Part shown: positions 20,276-30,151 of the stretch, in pieces
Layout: each line of letters starts with the position of its first letter
How positions within the stretch are numbered: position 1 is the stretch's first letter
Made by a program: the position numbers and the translations under genes
Assembly: GCA_016839055.1 (NCBI GenBank)
Contig: JAEKNX010000002.1
Span: 377,451 to 441,450, forward strand
DNA length: 64,000 bases
From: Spirochaetales bacterium
GTDB lineage: Bacteria > Spirochaetota > Spirochaetia > UBA9216
Direction of reading: 5' to 3'
Notes under the pieces: model-generated
The model's input: the letters and a program-made list of their open reading frames with translations, nothing else
The model's database searches: none
Told to the model about the DNA's origin: nothing

Positions 20276-21658
20276 TTAGCAGTTTCCGCAGCAGTTTCCA
20301 CAGCCACAGCCTTCTTTGGCTGCAGGCGGGGTAACTATAATCTTATCAAGACCCTTCCATTTCTTAAGATCTTTCGGAAGACCAGCTTCACGTTCCTTGT
20401 TTACATAATCACATGATTCAAAATGATACTCATATTTTGTATGAACATCGTAAGTTCCCTCGAGAAGGGCATAGGTGTCTTCCGTCATTACGAGTTCTTC
20501 GTTTGTCGGGATGACAAAGACCTTGACCGTTGAATCATCAGTACTGATGCAGGTTTCAGCATTACGGGTCATCGACGCTTTATTCTTTTCATCATCAATC
20601 TTTATACCCATGTATTCGAGGCCTTCGAGGGCGAGTTTTCTTGTGATAGGTCCGCGTTCGCCGACTCCTGCTGTGAATACGATGGCATCGGGTCCGCCGA
20701 TGGCGGCCGAATAGGCGCCGATATACTTCTTGATTCGGTAAGATTCGATCATCTGGCAGACGATTGCTCTCTCGTTACCTTCTTCGGCTGCAATCTCGAT
20801 ATCCCTGCGGTCAACCCATTTTTCGGTAATTCCGAGAACACCGCTTTCCTTGTTAAGAGCCGTTTCAACCTCGGCCGCACTCATGCCGGTCTTGTCCATG
20901 ATGAAGAAGGGTATTGCGGGATCAATATCGCCGCTCCTTGTTCCCATTACAAGCCCTTCGAGGGGGGTAAGGCCCATTGATGTGTCGAATGAACAGCCGT
21001 TCTTAACGGCATTGATGCTTGCGCCGTTGCCGATGTGAGCGATAACAAGGTTGGTTTCAAAAGGATCTTTGCCCAGGAGGGCGGCAGCACGCTTGGCTGT
21101 ATACAGAAAAGAAGTGCCGTGGAATCCGTATCTTCTTACGCCGAAATTTTCGTACCATTTATAGGGTAGAGCATAGATGTAGGCCTGTTCGGGCATCGTC
21201 TGGTGCCAGGCCGTGTCCATTATCGCGCAATGCTTTACATCCGGTAGTACTGCCTTCGCGCATTCAATACCAATCAGATTGGCAGGAATGTGGAGTGGCG
21301 CAAGCTGTTCGAGCTCACGAAAAGTCTTCATGGCCTCATCATCGATGATTACCGACTTGGCAAACTTTTCGGCTCCGTGGACAACTCTGTGTCCGACAGC
21401 CTTGATTTCAGTAATGTCTTTAATAGCACCATACTCATCATTCAGGATAGATTCAATGAGAAGATCCATTGCTTCTTTGTGAGTAGGGCATTCTCTTTCA
21501 ATTTTAACTTCGTCGTGGCCACTAGCTTCATGTTTGATAAAGCTTCCGTCAAGGCCTACTCGTTCTACAATACCTGCAGCCAGTGTCTCCATTTTGTCCC
21601 AGTTATAAAGCTGGTATTTAAGTGATGAACTGCCGCAATTAAGGGTTAATATAACCAA
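20276..21658 (-). CDS. ackA: Acetate kinase with a C-terminal Cys-rich extension.
   Basis: LTLNCGSSSLKYQLY N-terminus and acetate/propionate kinase motifs throughout. About 60 extra C-terminal residues end in CGCGNCCGNC. Confidence 0.8.
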   Translation of the reverse strand: MVILTLNCGSSSLKYQLYNWDKMETLAAGIVERVGLDGSFIKHEASGHDEVKIERECPTHKEAMDLLIESILNDEYGAIKDITEIKAVGHRVVHGAEKFAKSVIIDDEAMKTFRELEQLAPLHIPANLIGIECAKAVLPDVKHCAIMDTAWHQTMPEQAYIYALPYKWYENFGVRRYGFHGTSFLYTAKRAAALLGKDPFETNLVIAHIGNGASINAVKNGCSFDTSMGLTPLEGLVMGTRSGDIDPAIPFFIMDKTGMSAAEVETALNKESGVLGITEKWVDRRDIEIAAEEGNERAIVCQMIESYRIKKYIGAYSAAIGGPDAIVFTAGVGERGPITRKLALEGLEYMGIKIDDEKNKASMTRNAETCISTDDSTVKVFVIPTNEELVMTEDTYALLEGTYDVHTKYEYHFESCDYVNKEREAGLPKDLKKWKGLDKIIVTPPAAKEGCGCGNCCGNC

Positions 21659-21770
21659 TTACTTCCTCCTAAAAATTATACACCTGATCATACATAAAAA
21701 CACGAGATTTTCAAGCAGGTGATTTGGGGCAAATTGAATCAGAATGTAAAAAATAGATTTATATAAGGGT

Positions 21771-23279
21771 ATGGATCAAAGAAAAACGCTAAGTTTGGTT
21801 TTCATCCTCCTGTGCTTGTTGATACAGCAAGATTATGCAGGCCCTCAGGACGCAGATGCGGGCAGGTCTGGGCTCACGGTCTCGGTGAAAAGTTCGCTCA
21901 ATAACATCGGAGATTTTACAAACAGGCTTCGTCTTGTCAATGAATATATCCGGCTGAGTGTCCTGTCAAATATAACCGGCGGCGAGCTTGATTTTATCGA
22001 ACCTTCCTTAATGTCAAAACCCTTTTCGGCCGGAAGACTGAAACTTAAAGGAGCCGTCCGGGAATTCTATACTTCTGGATCTTTCTCGGCCGGCTCGACT
22101 GTTTTTACAGAAAGCTCGGGATTGACTATTACCGATTCATTCAGCGGTTCTTCGCGCTATGGCGCCTTCCTCAGTACTGGAAGGACGTGGGCTTTCGTTC
22201 CGGATTCCGCGCTATGGGCGTTCAGGACCAATAGCGGAACCATGTCGGCAGGCCTGCTCTTGAAGAACATGGAGATGCTGCGGACGGATTCTCTCCTGGT
22301 CGAGACAAACTTCATTGCCTCAGCCGGTACTGTCCCGGCCCTGTCCTCCTCTGCCTGGTTCGCTGAAAGTCCTCTGCTGCCGGAACAGTATGCGGCCAAC
22401 TTGGCAGCCGAGCTAAGGTTTGTATTTCGGCTCCCGGCTAGCTCGTATGGAATAGATCGCCTGATGAAGATAGGAACCGGAAGAAAGGCAATGAGACCAT
22501 TAGGCGAAGGATTCTCAACGGCAGTGTCGGCCGTTGGTGAGCTTTCTCTTCCTACTTACACCGAGCGGGGAGGAGCCTTCCGGGGATTTCTCTGGCTTGG
22601 AACCGAAGCCGTTTCTTTTAAAGGATTTCTTGAATTTAACACCGACGGTTATATCTCTCCGTCAGGCAGCAGGAGACCCTCGGCGGGAAGCGGCGGCGGC
22701 CGTCTTTTTTTCGGAACTGGTGAAATATGGAAGCTTGATCTAAGCGCTGAGTATAACCAGTGGCAGGCTTACCCGGAAGTTCTTCTTGGCCGGGTTATTG
22801 AGAAGAAGGAAGAGTTCTCTGTAATAGCAGCCCTGAGTTCCGACAGTTTTTGGTTTAGGTTGAACGGAGCGTACAACTGGTGCTTTGATCGAAACGGGGT
22901 ATTCTTTGACAAAGGTGACGCTTCCGCAGGTTTCAGGACCGAATCATATGATCTTATCACGGCCGCGGAGGTGAGAGTATCAGGATTAAACATCTTTAAG
23001 GTACCCGAAGATCAGCGCCTGGAAACTGATGTTGAATTCCGTTGGAATCCTGACGGGTTTTCGGCCGGAACAAACTTTGGCTTGAAAGCAATGCTGTCGC
23101 CTGGAAGCTGTCTCGCTGACGAGGCAAAAATAAAACTGAATTTGAAGGCCTCGGTAGACGCCTATTCTGTAAGTGGAAGGTTCTCGGTAAATATCTATTA
23201 CAATAAAGACGGAGATGTTTTAAGTGATTTTATTGAGAAATATACACCTGAATTCTCTATTGGTTTTGAAAGTTCTTAA
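21771..23279 (+). CDS. Hypothetical secreted/outer-membrane protein.
   Basis: Signal peptide. 502 aa, rich in Ser/Gly/aromatics with alternating-pattern segments suggestive of beta-strands. Confidence 0.4.
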   Translation: MDQRKTLSLVFILLCLLIQQDYAGPQDADAGRSGLTVSVKSSLNNIGDFTNRLRLVNEYIRLSVLSNITGGELDFIEPSLMSKPFSAGRLKLKGAVREFYTSGSFSAGSTVFTESSGLTITDSFSGSSRYGAFLSTGRTWAFVPDSALWAFRTNSGTMSAGLLLKNMEMLRTDSLLVETNFIASAGTVPALSSSAWFAESPLLPEQYAANLAAELRFVFRLPASSYGIDRLMKIGTGRKAMRPLGEGFSTAVSAVGELSLPTYTERGGAFRGFLWLGTEAVSFKGFLEFNTDGYISPSGSRRPSAGSGGGRLFFGTGEIWKLDLSAEYNQWQAYPEVLLGRVIEKKEEFSVIAALSSDSFWFRLNGAYNWCFDRNGVFFDKGDASAGFRTESYDLITAAEVRVSGLNIFKVPEDQRLETDVEFRWNPDGFSAGTNFGLKAMLSPGSCLADEAKIKLNLKASVDAYSVSGRFSVNIYYNKDGDVLSDFIEKYTPEFSIGFESS

Positions 23280-23417
23280 TCCCTGAGGCAGAAATGGACA
23301 ATCTACCAAAAGTCGGAAAAAAGTCAAATTAAAACATTGATAAATACGGAAATTAGGTTTACAATCATCAATAATTTAGAAAAGTATTGTAGAGTTTACG
23401 CAAACAGGAGCGAAGAA

Positions 23418-24656
23418 ATGGAAAAACTGCTGGTAATCAACTGTGGCAGCTCATCGCTTAAATATGAAGTATATGCGATGCCTGAACGAATGAGCCTTGG
23501 TAAAGGACTTGTAGAGAGAATCGGAGCTTCGGTGGGTAATATTACTCAAAAATCAGGAAACGGAGTTTTTGAGACAGAAGAGCCACTGCCGGATCACGAT
23601 GCGGCAATGGCTCTTGTGAAGAGAGCGCTCACCGACGCAGGAAATGGAATATTAAAATCGATTGATGAGATTACGGGAGTAGGACATCGAACCGTGCATG
23701 GCGGTGAAGATTATGCCTCTTCAGTGATAATTGACGACGATGTTATCGATGCGATAATAAGAAACAGTGATCTTGCCCCCCTTCATAATCCCGCGAATCT
23801 GACGGGAATTAAGGCCGCGATTGAAATGCTGCCGGGGGTAACCCAGGTAGCTGTGTTTGACACCGCCTTCCACCAGACCCTGTCTCCGGCATCTTATTTA
23901 TATGGACTTCCTCGGGAACTTTATACAAAGTACAAAATTCGAAGATACGGATTTCACGGAACAAGTCACCGCTATGTATCAAGTGAAGCTGTGAAGCTCA
24001 TGAAAAGATCACCTGAGAATACCAACGTTATCTCCTGCCATCTTGGAAACGGGGCATCTATTACGGCAATTAAACAGGGGAAGTCGGTAGAGACCTCCAT
24101 GGGTTTTACCCCCCTGGAAGGTCTGGTTATGGGAACCCGAAGCGGCGACCTTGATCCGGCAATTATATTATTCCTTCTTGATAAGGGATACAGCAAAGAA
24201 GATATTAATCGGATGATTAACAAAGAAGGCGGACTGCTTGGCCTTTCGGGCATATCCAATGACATGAGGGATATTCATAAGGCTGCAGATCAGGGAAATG
24301 TAGATGCTCAGGAAACCCTGGAAGTCTTCGCCCACAAGATAAGACAGTATATCGGAGCCTATTCGGCAAATATGATCAAGGTTGATGCACTTATATTCAC
24401 CGGCGGAATAGGTGAAAACGATACGAGAATGAGGCAGAGGATTTGCCGCCGACTTCAGAACATCGGAATTGTCATGGATGACGAGAAGAATCAGTCTAAC
24501 GGTTCCAGGCCGGGTATTGTCTCAAGGGATTATTCTCCGGTAACTATAATCGTCATGCCGACAAATGAAGAGCTGCAGATAGCCATAGATACTTATGAGC
24601 TGATATCTCAGGAGCAGCAAGTAAACAAGGGGTTTATGGCAGAAGCCATTTTATGA
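23418..24656 (+). CDS. ackA: Acetate kinase (second paralog).
   Basis: MEKLLVINCGSSSLKYEVY. AGGAG RBS 8 nt upstream of the chosen start at 23418. Confidence 0.8.
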   Translation: MEKLLVINCGSSSLKYEVYAMPERMSLGKGLVERIGASVGNITQKSGNGVFETEEPLPDHDAAMALVKRALTDAGNGILKSIDEITGVGHRTVHGGEDYASSVIIDDDVIDAIIRNSDLAPLHNPANLTGIKAAIEMLPGVTQVAVFDTAFHQTLSPASYLYGLPRELYTKYKIRRYGFHGTSHRYVSSEAVKLMKRSPENTNVISCHLGNGASITAIKQGKSVETSMGFTPLEGLVMGTRSGDLDPAIILFLLDKGYSKEDINRMINKEGGLLGLSGISNDMRDIHKAADQGNVDAQETLEVFAHKIRQYIGAYSANMIKVDALIFTGGIGENDTRMRQRICRRLQNIGIVMDDEKNQSNGSRPGIVSRDYSPVTIIVMPTNEELQIAIDTYELISQEQQVNKGFMAEAIL

Positions 24657-24706
24657 CATTAGTCATTGTGTAGGTGTTTGGAAAAGGCTATGTAGGCCTT
24701 CCTATT

Positions 24707-24744
24707 GAGGCTGTCCTTGTGTTGCTTGGACAGCCTCTTTTTAT
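24707..24744. terminator. Bidirectional intrinsic terminator between convergent ack and mgtE.
   Basis: GAGGCTGTCC-N11-GGACAGCCTC 10-bp stem followed by TTTTTATT. Confidence 0.5.
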
Positions 24745-26081
24745 TACAGCATTATTTTCGCAATCTCAAAATAGATTGTAAGACCCGCTACATCTATGAC
24801 TGTTGCCATGAGCGGGGCGGACATCACGGTTGGATCAAATCCAAGCCTGTTAATTAAAAGCGGCGCCAGGGTTCCTACAAGTGTCGAAAACACGACGACA
24901 AAGACCAGTGATACTCCAATTGTTATCGATTGTGAGAATAATGCGCCCGGCGGAAAGAAATAACTTCTTAACACAATAACCACCCCGGTTATCAGTCCCA
25001 TCGTTATTCCCACAATAGTTTCTTTTAACAGTATTATTCCAGCGTCTCTCGAGTGAATCTCTCCGGTTGCAAGTCCTCTTATCATTAGGGTCGATGACTG
25101 ACTGCCGGAGTTGCCCCCCGTCTGGGTAATTACCGGCATGAATATGAAGAGAAATGCTGCTGTGGTGATTAGCTCAGAGTAATGGTCAATTACATTTGAG
25201 GTAACGGTTCCGAGAATAAGGAGTACAACAAGCCATGGGACTCTTTTTTTTACGAGACTCCAGATTGAGCTGTCAAGATAACGATCGATGTTACCTGTCA
25301 TAGCTCCCATCTTGTATGTATCCTCGGTGTGCTCCTCGCGGATGACGTCGATGATATCATCGAAGGTTACTATTCCCAGAAGTTGGTTCCTGCTGTCCAC
25401 GACCGGAACAGCAATCAGGTTATAAGTTTCAAGGGTTTTTGCAACCTCTTCCTGGTCAGTTTCTTCGCGAACCGAAACATAATTTCTTTGCATTATATCG
25501 TTTATGAGCATGTGGTCATCAGATTTAAGTAGATCACGTAGCGAAAGGACTCCGAGAAGGCGCTGGAATTCATCTAATACATAGATGTAATAGACTGTTT
25601 CAACCTCGACGGCTCCCTTTCTTACAAAGTTTATTGCCTGAGAGACGCTTATGTCCGCCCTGACGGCAAGATACCTGGGCGTCATCAGACCGGCCGCATC
25701 GTCCTCATCAAATCTCAGTAGAAAGAGGGTTTCTTTCTTTGCTTTCTCACTGAGGCTGTTCCATGCTTCTTTCCGGACTTCGGGAGAAACGGACTGAATA
25801 AAGTCGGTAAGGTCGTCCGGATCCATTTCAGATAGTATCTGGTTTATACTCTGCGCTGACAGTGATTCTATCAGTTTTTCCTGTTCCGTATTTGACAGTG
25901 AGTTGAGAAGATCGACCTTTGCCTCGAGGGGGAGGTTTAGCATGATCTTTAGAGCATCCTCAGTATTGAAAGTGCCCCATTCCCCTATTATCTCCGCGAG
26001 AGGGATTTCTCGGAGGATTCTCTTTAGTTCCTCCGGAGGAGTCTCGACTATGTTCAATTTATCTTTAAGTTCCATGGACAC
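24744..26081 (-). CDS. mgtE: Magnesium transporter MgtE.
   Basis: N-terminal domain, tandem CBS domains and a C-terminal 5-TM domain typical of MgtE. Confidence 0.85.
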   Translation of the reverse strand: MSMELKDKLNIVETPPEELKRILREIPLAEIIGEWGTFNTEDALKIMLNLPLEAKVDLLNSLSNTEQEKLIESLSAQSINQILSEMDPDDLTDFIQSVSPEVRKEAWNSLSEKAKKETLFLLRFDEDDAAGLMTPRYLAVRADISVSQAINFVRKGAVEVETVYYIYVLDEFQRLLGVLSLRDLLKSDDHMLINDIMQRNYVSVREETDQEEVAKTLETYNLIAVPVVDSRNQLLGIVTFDDIIDVIREEHTEDTYKMGAMTGNIDRYLDSSIWSLVKKRVPWLVVLLILGTVTSNVIDHYSELITTAAFLFIFMPVITQTGGNSGSQSSTLMIRGLATGEIHSRDAGIILLKETIVGITMGLITGVVIVLRSYFFPPGALFSQSITIGVSLVFVVVFSTLVGTLAPLLINRLGFDPTVMSAPLMATVIDVAGLTIYFEIAKIML

Positions 26082-26183
26082 CTCCGGTAATTGATTTAAG
26101 TAAAGGATACTCCGTTTAAGGTATTATTTAAAGTAAATTATGCAACTAAAATATAATGCACCTATTATGGAGAGCGTCTTATA

Positions 26184-27107
26184 TTAACTAAAATTTCCTA
26201 TCAGCTGAATCTCGGGTTCAAGTTCAAAACCATATGCCTGTTTCACTTCTTCTCTTGTGAAATTAATCAGCCTGAGTATGTCCTTCGACGTGGCGCTTCC
26301 GGTATTTATTATTATGTTTGCATGTTTATCCGAGATCTTCGCGCCGCCGATAGTTTTTCCTCGTAGGCCCAGCGAATCGATTATCGCACCGGAGGGCTCT
26401 CCGAAACTGCGGTTATTCTTAAATATTGAACCCGCGCAGGGCGCCGCGTAATGTCCTTTCTTCTCGCGGTCACTGCGGTTGCTGTTCATGTTTTTCCGGA
26501 TTATTGCAGGATTCCCGGGATTCAGATGAAATGACGCTTCTATAATTACTGATTTAATGTTCTGAAACGGAGATTGTTTGTAGTTGAAAATCCCGTCTGA
26601 GTTTTCCATTGTCAATACGATTTTTTTCTCATCAATATAAGTTACGGTCTTGAGGATATCGGAAAAAGAGGTTCCGTAGCATCTCGCGTTCATCCAGATG
26701 CCTCCGCCAATTGTCCCGGGCATCCCGTAGAATGAGTCGAAACCGCTTAATCCGGCCGAGTATGCGGCCTCTGCCGCTTCATCTACCCTTGTTCCTGCTC
26801 CGCAGATGAGGGTTCCGTCGGAGTCGACTTTGATCGCGTTCAGATTAGTCATATCAATCACAAGTCCACTTATGCCTTCATCGGACACAAGAAGATTCGC
26901 TCCGCCTCCCAGGATAAAAATCGGGAAATCGAGGCCGAAGGCGCCTATCTGTTCTATAATTGATTTCAGCTCTGTCGTATCGGCGGGCTTGATGAAAATC
27001 TCAGCTGGGCCGCCCGTCTGGAAGGTTGTATGGTCAGACATCGGCTCATTGAAATGTAATTCGCCGTTGATGTTGATTCTTTTGAGTATATTCCGTAAAT
27101 TATCCAC
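26184..27107 (-). CDS. murB: UDP-N-acetylenolpyruvoylglucosamine reductase.
   Basis: FAD-binding N-terminus (TFQTGGPAEIF...ILGGGANLL). 307 aa. Confidence 0.8.
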   Translation of the reverse strand: MDNLRNILKRININGELHFNEPMSDHTTFQTGGPAEIFIKPADTTELKSIIEQIGAFGLDFPIFILGGGANLLVSDEGISGLVIDMTNLNAIKVDSDGTLICGAGTRVDEAAEAAYSAGLSGFDSFYGMPGTIGGGIWMNARCYGTSFSDILKTVTYIDEKKIVLTMENSDGIFNYKQSPFQNIKSVIIEASFHLNPGNPAIIRKNMNSNRSDREKKGHYAAPCAGSIFKNNRSFGEPSGAIIDSLGLRGKTIGGAKISDKHANIIINTGSATSKDILRLINFTREEVKQAYGFELEPEIQLIGNFS

Positions 27108-27159
27108 AGACGGATTTTACTTTATAATCCGATGTTATTCTATACACAGGAGGTTCGCA

Positions 27160-28569
27160 ATGGAAGTTAGACTGCATAATACTCTCGGCCGCGAAATACA
27201 GGTTTTTAATCCTATCAATAAATCAGAGGTCGGACTCTACTGCTGCGGACCTACAGTATATAATTATGCTCATATCGGAAATCTGCGAACCTATGTATTT
27301 GAAGACCTTCTGCGGCGGAGCCTCGAGTATGCTGGCTATAGTGTCAATCATGTAATGAACGTTACCGATGTCGGACATTTGACAGGTGATGAGGATGACG
27401 GCGAAGACAAGATGGAAAAAAGCGCCCGTGAAACCGGCAAGACTCCTGAAGAAGTAGCGGCCTTCTATACCGAAGCTTTTTTTACTGATATCGACCGTCT
27501 GAATATAGTAAGACCAAAGACTGCCTGTGTAGCTACTAAGCATATCGGAGAGATGATCGCTCTTATAAAGAAGCTTGAAGAAAGGGGATTCACCTATACT
27601 TCCGGCGGAAATGTTTATTTTGATGCCTCGAAGTTTGAAAGATACGGAGAGATGGCCCTTCTTGACCGGCAGAAACTTCGAAACGGCGCGAGGATTGAAA
27701 TAGACACGAACAAAAAGAACCCGCGTGATTTCGTACTTTGGTTTACTAAATCCAAGTTTGAGAATCACATAATGCAGTGGGATTCTCCCTGGGGGAAGGG
27801 GTATCCGGGCTGGCATATCGAATGCTCGGCTATGAGTATTAAGTACCTTGGGGATCAGTTTGATATCCACTGCGGCGGAATTGATCATATCCCGGTTCAC
27901 CATACCAACGAGATTGCACAGTCAGAGGCCGCAAGCGGTAAGAAATGGGTTAACTACTGGGTTCACGGAGAATTCCTGTTGATGGACAAACAGAAGATGG
28001 CAAAATCGGCAGGTAACTTTCTTACCCTCCAGACTCTGATTGATAAGGGTTATGAAGCTCTCGATTACAGGTTTTTCTGTCTCGGCGGGCATTACCGGTC
28101 ACAGCTTGTTTTTAATTTTGATTCACTCGATGCTGCAAGAAATGCTCGTCTTAGTCTTAATCAGCGGGTTTCCGAGCTTAAATCTGAAGCTGAACCGGTT
28201 GCAGCCGGGAACCTGACAGGTAGAGCGCTGGAGATTATGGATAAGTTCAGCAAAGATATTCTTAATGACTTGAATGCTCCAAAGGCTCTTGCCTCTATGT
28301 GGGCCCTGCTGAAAGATCAGGATATTGCCGCTTCGGAAAAACTCGGCGCCGTTCTTGAGATGGACCGGGTGCTGGGGCTACAGCTTGATAAGGTCGAGAG
28401 TGATAGTCCTGAACTGACCAAAGAGGAAATGGCGCTGATAAACCAGAGGGAAGCAGCGCGTGCTTCTAAAGATTGGGCCAAGGCGGATGAGGCACGTGAT
28501 AAGCTGCTGTCAATGGGGATTATCGTTAAAGATACGGCAAATGGTTCCCAATGGAAGAAAAGATTGTAA
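27160..28569 (+). CDS. cysS: Cysteine--tRNA ligase.
   Basis: HIGH motif (CGPTVYNYAHIGNLRTY) and KMSKS (KMAKSAGN). AGGAGG RBS 7 nt upstream of the ATG at 27160. Confidence 0.85.
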   Translation: MEVRLHNTLGREIQVFNPINKSEVGLYCCGPTVYNYAHIGNLRTYVFEDLLRRSLEYAGYSVNHVMNVTDVGHLTGDEDDGEDKMEKSARETGKTPEEVAAFYTEAFFTDIDRLNIVRPKTACVATKHIGEMIALIKKLEERGFTYTSGGNVYFDASKFERYGEMALLDRQKLRNGARIEIDTNKKNPRDFVLWFTKSKFENHIMQWDSPWGKGYPGWHIECSAMSIKYLGDQFDIHCGGIDHIPVHHTNEIAQSEAASGKKWVNYWVHGEFLLMDKQKMAKSAGNFLTLQTLIDKGYEALDYRFFCLGGHYRSQLVFNFDSLDAARNARLSLNQRVSELKSEAEPVAAGNLTGRALEIMDKFSKDILNDLNAPKALASMWALLKDQDIAASEKLGAVLEMDRVLGLQLDKVESDSPELTKEEMALINQREAARASKDWAKADEARDKLLSMGIIVKDTANGSQWKKRL

Positions 28570-28582
28570 CTTTAAGTAAGGT

Positions 28583-29122
28583 TTGTTGTTTATTATGATG
28601 GATGATGAGAGGATTGTCGAATCTTTCGAACAGGTTTATGAAGAGGTATTCTCAGTTCTCATCAAAATTGCGTACTATATTACCGGTGATACGGATGTCG
28701 CGGAAGAGCTTTCTCAAGAGGCTTTTTTAAGGTATATCAGCCGATCCGTGAGTATTTCGACTGTTGAACAATCAAGATACTGGCTGATCAGGGTGGTTAA
28801 AAACCTATGTTATAATTATGTAAAACGGAAAGGCCGAGAAGGCCGTGCTGTTGACAGAATAAAAGAACTGCCGATGTTTGAGTTGTCAAATGGAGAGCAG
28901 GAGCTTGTCAGAAAAGAGAAGATAGAAACCGTTCAGCGGGCGTTGATGCAGCTTCCGTTAAAACTTCGAACGGTTTTAATCCTGAAAGAATACGGTCAGC
29001 TCACTTATAAAGAGATTGCCGTCATTCTTAAAATAACAGAAGGGAACGTGAAGGTAAGAGTGTATAGAGCTAGAGCCGGTTTGGAAGAGATTCTTGACGG
29101 GGAGGGCTTCGATGTGTCCTGA
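28583..29122 (+). CDS. ECF-subfamily RNA polymerase sigma-70 factor.
   Basis: Sigma-70 region 2 (EELSQEAFLRY) and a region 4 HTH (LTYKEIAVILKITEGNVKVRVYRARAGL). Confidence 0.75.
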   Translation: MLFIMMDDERIVESFEQVYEEVFSVLIKIAYYITGDTDVAEELSQEAFLRYISRSVSISTVEQSRYWLIRVVKNLCYNYVKRKGREGRAVDRIKELPMFELSNGEQELVRKEKIETVQRALMQLPLKLRTVLILKEYGQLTYKEIAVILKITEGNVKVRVYRARAGLEEILDGEGFDVS

Positions 29123-29657
29123 CAGTCAATTAGTATCAACATATTATGATAAAGAGCTGGATCAAAGATGGTCTGGAGAAATTAAAAGCCATATAGCCGG
29201 CTGCGATAAATGCGGGATTCAGGTGTCCAAGTATCAGGAAATGAGCAAGCTGCTTGGCAGCTGCAGGGTGCCGGGCGAACAGGAAATGAAGCTCAGGGTG
29301 CTTGGAGTAATCGAGCGCAGGCGCAAGGTTGAATATCATGAAGTTTTCTGGAAAAAACACCTGGCTGTCTCTGTTCCTGTCTTAATGGGAGCCGCAGCCC
29401 TGATGATAATATTTTTTGCCGGAATACTGATGGGATTTTTTCCTTCTCAGACGCGGGATTCTCAGGTTGTTGAAGAAATCAGGACTCACAGCATAGGTAT
29501 TAATGTCCAGGTAATAAATCTTGAAGATGCGGCAGCATATATTCTGGCAGACGATTCAGGTTTTGATCTGCTGATAACTATTCCGTCAAATGAGACTCTG
29601 TCGGTAAACGGTGAGCCCCAATTGATAAGAGAAGCTGATTACAAACGGGGTCAATAG
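29112..29657 (+). CDS. Putative zinc-finger anti-sigma factor, single-pass membrane protein.
   Basis: N-terminal CPD...HxxxCxxC anti-sigma zinc motif (HIAGCDKC) and a central TM helix. GGAGGG RBS precedes the start. Overlaps the sigma gene. Confidence 0.55.
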   Translation: MCPDSQLVSTYYDKELDQRWSGEIKSHIAGCDKCGIQVSKYQEMSKLLGSCRVPGEQEMKLRVLGVIERRRKVEYHEVFWKKHLAVSVPVLMGAAALMIIFFAGILMGFFPSQTRDSQVVEEIRTHSIGINVQVINLEDAAAYILADDSGFDLLITIPSNETLSVNGEPQLIREADYKRGQ

Positions 29658-30151
29658 TGAAACATCTTCTGTCGGGTATTTCTCTTTTATTTTTTGTAAC
29701 TTTTTGCATTGCGGCTCAGTCAGACGATTTTGATATAAAAGATATCGAAGGTAAAAAACTCTCGGTAAATTTGAATACCAGGCTCCTTGGTACCGAGAAT
29801 GAAACTGTCTGGCATATGGAGAGTACGAATCTTACTATATCCGGGGAAGCGGTCAAGGTTAAACTAAAAGGGGAGAATCTCGTTCTTATAGCAAATATTA
29901 CGCCTTATCTTAATCCTGATAATACAATTTTTCTTGTCGCGAAAGGAGAGATTTTTCTCTCGGATAGTGATGACAGCGAAGAAGTTAAATACTATACTAC
30001 GCTGCAGAGTCTGCCTGTCGAAGACGGCGAGAAGGTTATATTTTTTCCACTGGGCATGGCTTATGATTCCAACAGCAATTTTTACAGCATAGAAATGGAG
30101 ATTCAGGTCTTGTCTGCTGAATACGGGGACGGCCAGGCAAACAAAGAATGA
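29657..30151 (+). CDS. Secreted hypothetical protein.
   Basis: GTG start with a signal peptide. Coupled by overlap to its flanking genes. Confidence 0.4.
   Translation: MKHLLSGISLLFFVTFCIAAQSDDFDIKDIEGKKLSVNLNTRLLGTENETVWHMESTNLTISGEAVKVKLKGENLVLIANITPYLNPDNTIFLVAKGEIFLSDSDDSEEVKYYTTLQSLPVEDGEKVIFFPLGMAYDSNSNFYSIEMEIQVLSAEYGDGQANKE

Noticed and set aside
26806-28569. 587-aa ORF version of cysS extending 350 nt upstream.
   Set aside because: The extension runs antisense through the murB 5' region. A canonical AGGAGG RBS and ATG at 27160 give a normal-length CysS that starts MEVRLHNT.
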